This document shows, piece by piece, positions 32,973 through 39,531 of a stretch of DNA of 39,531 bases. Source of the DNA: Nemertoderma westbladi (lineage: Eukaryota; Animalia; Xenacoelomorpha); contig JAUCBJ010001716.1 of the NCBI GenBank assembly GCA_032718475.1, positions 1 through 39,531 of the forward strand, written 5' to 3'. Under the pieces are notes generated by a model. It was not told where the DNA came from. It did no database searches and saw nothing but the letters and a program-made list of their open reading frames with translations. Both the position numbers and the translations under genes were made by a program. Numbering within the stretch: position 1 is the stretch's first letter; each line of letters opens with the position of its first letter.

Positions 32973-35900
32973 ATGTGTATAGTGTATATCATCAACCTTG
33001 TTGTGAATCTAATGTGCATATTGTAGGCCTATTATACATATGTAATGAAATCAATTAAATGCTGAAACGAATAGTAATATCTTACTTACTTTACTAGTAC
33101 TGTATTAACATTTTAACTTTTAAAATACCTGATTTATGCGATATATATTATACGAACGTACAATTTTGATGGTATAAGGGTTTTCGAGGTCGCTGATCCC
33201 GATAAAACAAAAATATTTTCTTGCAATGCAACCATCATAAACCAAGACGAAAAGTAGTTACAAGTAAAAAATGTCCAAATAAAAAAATTTGTGTTTGGTT
33301 TGATAATTCTGAAGATATTTGGGTTTTCGACGACGAAACTAGTTATAAATATTTATGGTAATGCAAACCGAATGTTGGTGCCATTTGGTGCCCCAGAACG
33401 AAAAATACAAGAAGCAAAAATTACATACTGTTAAATTTTATCTTCGGTTTGGTAATTCTGAAGCTACAGTATGCGGGTTGTTAAAAATCATTGGTGGTAA
33501 CGCAACTATCATTTTTGGTACCACTACTTGTCTTGTGGGACGAAAAATACAAGTAGCATAAAATTTCAAACGGTTAAAATCTAATTTAGTTGGATAATAC
33601 GATATTTTTGAGTGTCGCACTGTATTTGTCATCAGCGTCCCAGAAAACCGCTAATGTCAAGATTGATTTGATTTGGTAATGATTTTGATTATCAAATTTG
33701 TGCTACTTGAATTTTTCACATTGACACATATCCAAAAATGCCCATATCAACAACAAAAAAATAAGAACTATAGAAGTCTGTCTGCGTGTAGAATTTCTAT
33801 TTAATCAATGATCCAATTTTTATCTGAACTTTCTGCGGTGAAACTCAGAACCCAATAGAAAAAATATCGGGCAAGAACGCTTTATTACCTAACAGTTCGA
33901 CCGATATTTTTTTCCGCCAGTAAAATAATAATCGCCATATTATCTAAAAGATATTATAGTTGCCAAAAATTTATTAAAAATGTATAATTGAAAACATATA
34001 AATTGTATAATAATAAATATTATAATTAACTTATATATGACATACTACATACTAGGGCCTACGTGCTATCTAGATAATGGAGATACTACAATTTGCTTTT
34101 ATCCCGTTAACCACTCAGTGACTCATATAAAATATATAAGGGTAAAAAAGTTGAACTAGACACTTCCTGCAGCTGGTATTGAATAGTTTGCATTTTCAGG
34201 TTGTACAGTTTGCTGGGTTATCAACACTATTTTACTATAGCTATATATGTTTGCCTTCTGTCTTTCCTCCAGTTTTTGGCCATATTTCATTAATATTCTG
34301 TGCAGGTTATTGTTATTGTTATTGTTATTTACCATGGAAATAATAATATAATTTTGTGTTTGTAAACTTATAACGAACCTGTCTTTAGACTGGGTAGTTT
34401 TTGTCTAAAGCTGAGGCCGGCAAAAACACGATGGATATATATATTTACCTATATCACTATATATATATGTCACTATATCACTCACTATGTATGTTCACCA
34501 AATGGCTTGAAACCACTTGCATGCATTGTAAAATTGTAAACGCAAGTATTTATCAATTGTTGTCTAGTTGTTGAATAAAAAAGTTGGGAACGATTCGAAG
34601 TGCGATATTCGAAATATTTGCATATTTTCAACATTATTGAACGCGAAATTAAATACCCACAACTCCCTTGCTTGAAATGTTTTTCAGGTGATTGATATTT
34701 AGCAATTATTATGAGGTTACTTACTACTGAAATCTGACAGAATGCCAAACGTATTATTATAGTTCTATCTCTATTCAGCCAGTTAGTGTAATGTCAAGCA
34801 GTACATCATTTATATATCGTATGTATCTATAGGGCCTAATTGTCATCGTTATAATACTGTCATCAACTTAGGCTAAGCTCAATTGTAATGCAAAGGCTTA
34901 GTAGGTTTTGTATATCTGGGACGTTTACAACAGCTGTCGATTAAACTAACAAAACCATAAAACTGAACCAGGGTGGCTGCCAGCCGGGTACCAACGGCTG
35001 TTGGGTAGACTTAAGGGAACATTTCACAAACTTTCATAGGATGCTTGTACATGTACATTATATTGGTTGCTCCGATGTTTTTATTAGGCTAACTGAGAAT
35101 GTATCAGGTATAAATACTGTAATTATAGTGTTCTTTATTTTATTTATCTAATACAGAAAAGACCCCTCCGCAGAATAAACTGCTCTTTTGGGCCGTTTCT
35201 CAGGTTGCGGATATGGATACCATTTCACACATCATCGTAGTAATTGTGATCATGATTTGTTTGCCTAGGCGAATGTGTATTACATTAGATGGGAGGCAGT
35301 TTTTTGGTTGATGCAAGTCATTCTTGGTTTGCATCTTCCAATCCCCATCTGTTTCTTGGAGTCTGTGTAAGACAGGTTCGTTTAAAGCCATCTTGATGGC
35401 GTTCTAGTATATATAATATAATAACTAGAAACGGGCCTAGCTGCCCGTGAACGAACCGCCTGGTCAACTAAAACAAAACTCATTACCGTCTCATCTCATT
35501 CTCTGTACAAGTTTCGTTTAGGTAGGTAGGACGGACGGCAATATATCAGTTCAGCTGACCGCTGTAGGCTACTGATACTGAATTGTAATTATACATTGAT
35601 TGGTTGATAAACATCTCTAGCCATGAAATGGGCGCACTGCAATCCGACCACAACTCATGCAGTATTATTGTTCAGCCAGTTTCAATAACGGGATTGGTAC
35701 AAAACAGTTTTAATATATCGTGAGGCAGACATGTTAATGAAAGGTCAACCAAGTGTGTCGTTATCAGCCTTTAGTTAAAATTCCCTGATTCCGATTCAAT
35801 ATTGCTCATTCTGCTTAATTTTTATGCTGACTGAGTTTTACGCTTTTTAATCTTTACGTTTACATATATCATTGATATTGGTGAGAAGATCAATATGGTT

Positions 35901-36547
35901 CAACTAGAAGAACTGTGTTCTCTGGTCGATGGGACAATTATCAGTAAGTACCGCCTGTAATTATTTGTTTAGTTTACTATTATTTATTACCACATTGTTG
36001 TCTTGTAATTTCCATGGTGAACATTTTAAAAAATGTATCTAAACGTTTTTGACTTTAGTTGTTCTCAATCAGAGGTGTTCCTCAATTTAACTATAATTAA
36101 ATGAACTAATTAATGTTAATTATTTTATTATTAAATTGCACCTTTTCACGCAAATAAATTAGTATACAAATATATAAACTCCAGCTACTTTTTTCACTTA
36201 CTGGTACCACTACCTATCAATTTCAATAACTCATCGCGTTACTCAAGGTGATAACAACATCCAATGAAATTAGACGCAATCCCCATTAACAAAAAATTTC
36301 AGGATACTACACAGATTCACACATGATACCATGCATGTGTGCCGTTGCAAACTGAGCTACTCGGCCACGATAAATTAAACATCAAATTTAGTCCTAATAC
36401 TTCAAAATGAGTAGGCCTACCGGTACGCAATTATCGTAATAATAAATGTTACAGATCAGTCGGACTGAACGCTGCCTTAGCGACGGCTTTTAACCCTTTG
36501 ACGCCTGAAGCTGCAATTGAAACTACATGCTAGGGCAGTTACGGACA

Positions 36548-36885
36548 GTTGCCTATATAGGCATCAATAGACATTTCCTATTTAGGCAACATTTACAATG
36601 TAGTGTTGCCTTTATAGGTAATAGTGATGTATCTTTACTGCCTAATTAGGCAACATGTGACAGTCAGAGTTATTGATTATATTTTTTAAAATAAGGATAT
36701 TAATTTGGCGCTGAATATTGTTACTTTAATAAATACAACAAGGTATAGCCCTGTAATTGATACTGGAACCAATTTTATTTACCTGTTTGTCTGGACGCAA
36801 TGGTGTCTTTTTGTGAGGTGATGTCACTCATGTTGCCTAAATAGGGAACCTCAAAAAATTGGTTTGTGATGCCTATTTAGGCAAC
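36548..36885. promoter_or_regulatory. Cluster of six perfect CArG boxes (CC[A/T]6GG) in GTTGCC-W6-GGCAAC palindromes
   Basis: CCTATATAGG 36552-36561, CCTATTTAGG 36577-36586, CCTTTATAGG 36609-36618, CCTAATTAGG 36641-36650, CCTAAATAGG 36836-36845, CCTATTTAGG 36872-36881. Confidence 0.8.
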
Positions 36886-37449
36886 TACATACAGACATAT
36901 ACATACTGATATACTTTGATTATAAGAAAACGTTTTGGAGGATTGAGTTCAGTCAATCATTTGATCTTTTTTTACTCTGTTACCGATTTCAGGATCTAAT
37001 TTCTTTTAATTTACTTCCAGTACCTATACTCTTAAGACTGTCATGTCATAGTGCGGATTCATATTGCGTAGTAGCGTAGTAGGCCTACAGTTGTAGCAGA
37101 GCAGCGCAACAGTAGGTATGCCATGTCAAGATACTAGTAGTTATTATTTAGGCTGCTTTTAACGCTCGGATTGGCAGATTGTTTCTATTTCGAATTTTTA
37201 ATAATTGAGTCCGAGCGTTTCTGTATTTAGTATTGTGAAATTTTATACCTTCACTAATTCAGTCAATATAGGCTAGGCGACTTCATTTCATTGCAAGTGA
37301 TCAAAGACATATATGTAGTTGCTATTCAGTCTTAAATCAGTTAGTATATACTGTATTAATACATTTATCTCACCATCCAACTGTATATTACACACTATAG
37401 TTAGTCAGTCACATCTGTATTTAACCTAAATATATATAACCTAAACTAA

Positions 37450-39120
37450 ATGGAATTCGAAATTGGGAGCGATACCGATGATGATTGTAATGATTCTGGC
37501 CTGATGTTGATGAATAGATTGTGGCAAAATACACTACCCGAACTTAATATACCGCCGCACTACTACCCAGTTGATCCACAACCCAAAACACCTCCATTAT
37601 CCGACTGTGATATCCCATCTCCGATTCTATCGGATTTCGATGACGAAGGTAAAGATAAATCCTGGTTTCCTGTGAGGAATGATGGCAAGGGCATATGTAG
37701 GGGTGGTTATGGTGTTGGACATGGTGGTTGTGATGGAGGAGGGGACAATGACATTGGGGTTATCACAGGGGGCATTGAGGGTAGGCCTATTGTAGTTGGT
37801 GCAGAAGGTATTTGGGGAGGTGATATTGTCGGACACAGTAGTTGGAACTAACGTCATTGGGGGTGTTATTGGCAATGGGGAAATAGTAGTTGGAACTGCT
37901 GAGGACATTGGGGGTGATATTGAGAATATAGTAGTTGGAACTAAGGACATTGGGGGTGATATTGAGAATATAGTAGTTGGAACTGAGGACATTGTTGGTG
38001 ATATTGAGAATATAGTAGTTGGTACTGAGGACATTGGGGGTGATATTGAGAATATAGTAGTTGGTACTGAGGGTATTGGGGGTGACGTTGGGGGGCTTTG
38101 GGGGTGAGATTGGAAGTGGGGCTGAGAACATCGGACATAAAAAGAGAAAACTGAAACGCAAGACGCGGGATCAACTGACTTTCAGTGCTGATAAAAAGCG
38201 CAATAGAGATTCAACTCTTTGTAAACGAAAGTCAACCTTAAAATCTAAGTCTGATGATTTGGATATTACGACTCAAGTAAAAACAGACTTAATTTTTATG
38301 ACCTCAAAGATTTCAAAGACAACCAAAAAGGAAGTTTTCCATTTAGAATTTTATTCTTCGCATGATAAACACGCTACCAATACAAGTATTACAAGTCTTC
38401 TTTCTGGCCTAAATCTTCCCCTATCTACTATTAGCAAACAAGAGTTCTCAACTAAGGGAGAGGCACGACAGGCTGTGGGCCGCATACTTATGGGAGATGA
38501 GTCTGCAGGCTATGATGGTGGTGGAACTGCATGTGATTCGCATGTGGATGCACCACAGCCACTAGTGACACCAACAAAGGCGCCATATAGTGCAATGCCA
38601 CGTGTGTTTCCTATTCCATCCCAAGTATGTAGGATTTGTGGGGAACTTAGTGGAGGAGAACGGGATATGGGAGGCTTGTGGTTTGGATGCCGTGGTATTG
38701 AAGGTAAATGTTCTGCATGGGCACATGCCACTTGTCTTGGTGTTGGAAAAAATACAACAGCTATTACGGATAAATTGGAATGGAACTGTGCTGTTCATTT
38801 ATCAGGGATCAGCACAACACAAAGCCGTGTTACACAGGTAATATCTAATAATCACGAACAAATGTGTCGGATCTGTGGGCATCAGTATGGTGTCATTGGG
38901 GACATCGCTGGCCTTTGGCTAGGTTGTCAAGGGGGTGATAGCGTCTGTAAACAGTGGGTCCATGCCCACTGCTTAGGTTTTCCAACTTTACGGAAAGGGA
39001 GTGAAACAGAAAAATCATTAGTGTGGGAATGCAAAGAAACACTCGAAATTACCTAATGTCCCTGCTTTAACCAAGAGAGGTAGAGGGCGTCCTGCAAAAA
39101 GACAAATAAATAATTTGTAA
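37450..39120 (+). pseudogene. Frameshifted gene (or gene with assembly indels) for a ~555-aa protein: acidic N-terminus, Gly-rich 14-aa repeats, MADS-box-like domain, two PHD-like fingers, AT-hook
   Basis: ORFs 37450-37851, 37796-38107 and 38061-39056, plus a tail to 39120, join into one protein after removing three single bases (G ~37831, G in the G6 run 38090-38095, A ~39033). MADS-like R..T..KRK..L..K..DL...T; two CxxC..W.GC....C..W.H..CLG...W.CxxH fingers; terminal KRGRGRPAK. Confidence 0.75.
37882..38086 (+). repeat. Coding 42-bp tandem repeat (EDIGGDIENIVVGT), about 4.8 copies
   Basis: Units start at 37901, 37943, 37985, 38027 and 38069. Confidence 0.93.
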
Positions 39121-39531
39121 TCAACTAATTGAGTTTTATAGTTTAATATATAGGCCTACTTGTTGATTTTAAAACATTATTTACCTTTGTAACCTCACTA
39201 TGCAATGATTTAAATGCAATAGTTAAGAATTTAATCAGTGAATCATACTTTTAATATTTTGTTTATCTTAAACTCAATTTAAGTATCAAACTCAATTCGA
39301 GACAGGGGAGCTGGGAGGGACTTGACACAAATCACACCTCGATGAATTAAATATATAATCTCGGCAAATTAGCAATGTTAATTATCAATTAAGGGAAAGG
39401 AGCAGGTTACAGTGGTATGCTATTCTACAATAAACGAAAGTCAATAGCAAAGGCTACAGTGGCATATTATTCTAACCAAAACAATAAATTAAATACATAT
39501 ATTCAGGTTACAGTTTCATTTTTGAGAGTAA

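Larger units (their letters stand above)
36494..39531 (+). mobile_element. Putative piggyBac-type DNA transposon, left part (right end outside the window)
   Basis: TTAA (36490-36493) followed by CCCTTT matches the piggyBac target/terminus pattern, and a dense subterminal palindromic repeat array follows. No transposase or right TIR is visible in the window. Confidence 0.4.

Noticed and set aside
33000-36480. Protein-coding genes among the short ORFs here
   Set aside because: AT-rich, no conserved motifs, and only scattered repeat-like fragments (for example GGGTTTTCGAGGTCGCTGA) whose boundaries I could not define.
37627-38174. Minus-strand repeat ORFs (S/T/P-rich, NYY-rich, QYP-rich)
   Set aside because: Antisense readings of the 42-bp coding repeat. 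The + strand frames connect to recognisable domains.

Overview
AT-rich invertebrate animal genomic DNA. It carries five conserved housekeeping genes on the + strand (EEFSEC, FHIT, SPOUT1/C9orf114, TOX4-like, MCRIP/FAM195), each with an uninterrupted single-exon CDS. They sit among many mobile elements: a near-intact two-ORF LINE (RTE-X-like), a 5'-truncated RTE copy with a 12-bp TSD, a Mutator-like foldback with a 9-bp TSD, several hAT- and Harbinger-type MITEs, tRNA-derived elements, a decayed ISL2EU-like transposon with a YqaJ exonuclease, and two minisatellites. The most unusual region is 36490-39120. A piggyBac-style terminus (TTAA|CCCTTT) is followed by six perfect CArG boxes (CC[A/T]6GG, the MADS/SRF binding site). 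Downstream lies a frameshifted gene that, once repaired, encodes a divergent MADS-box-like domain, two PHD-like fingers and an AT-hook. This may be a transposon carrying both a MADS-type DNA-binding protein and its cognate sites. All calls come from reading the sequence by eye; no database searches were run.
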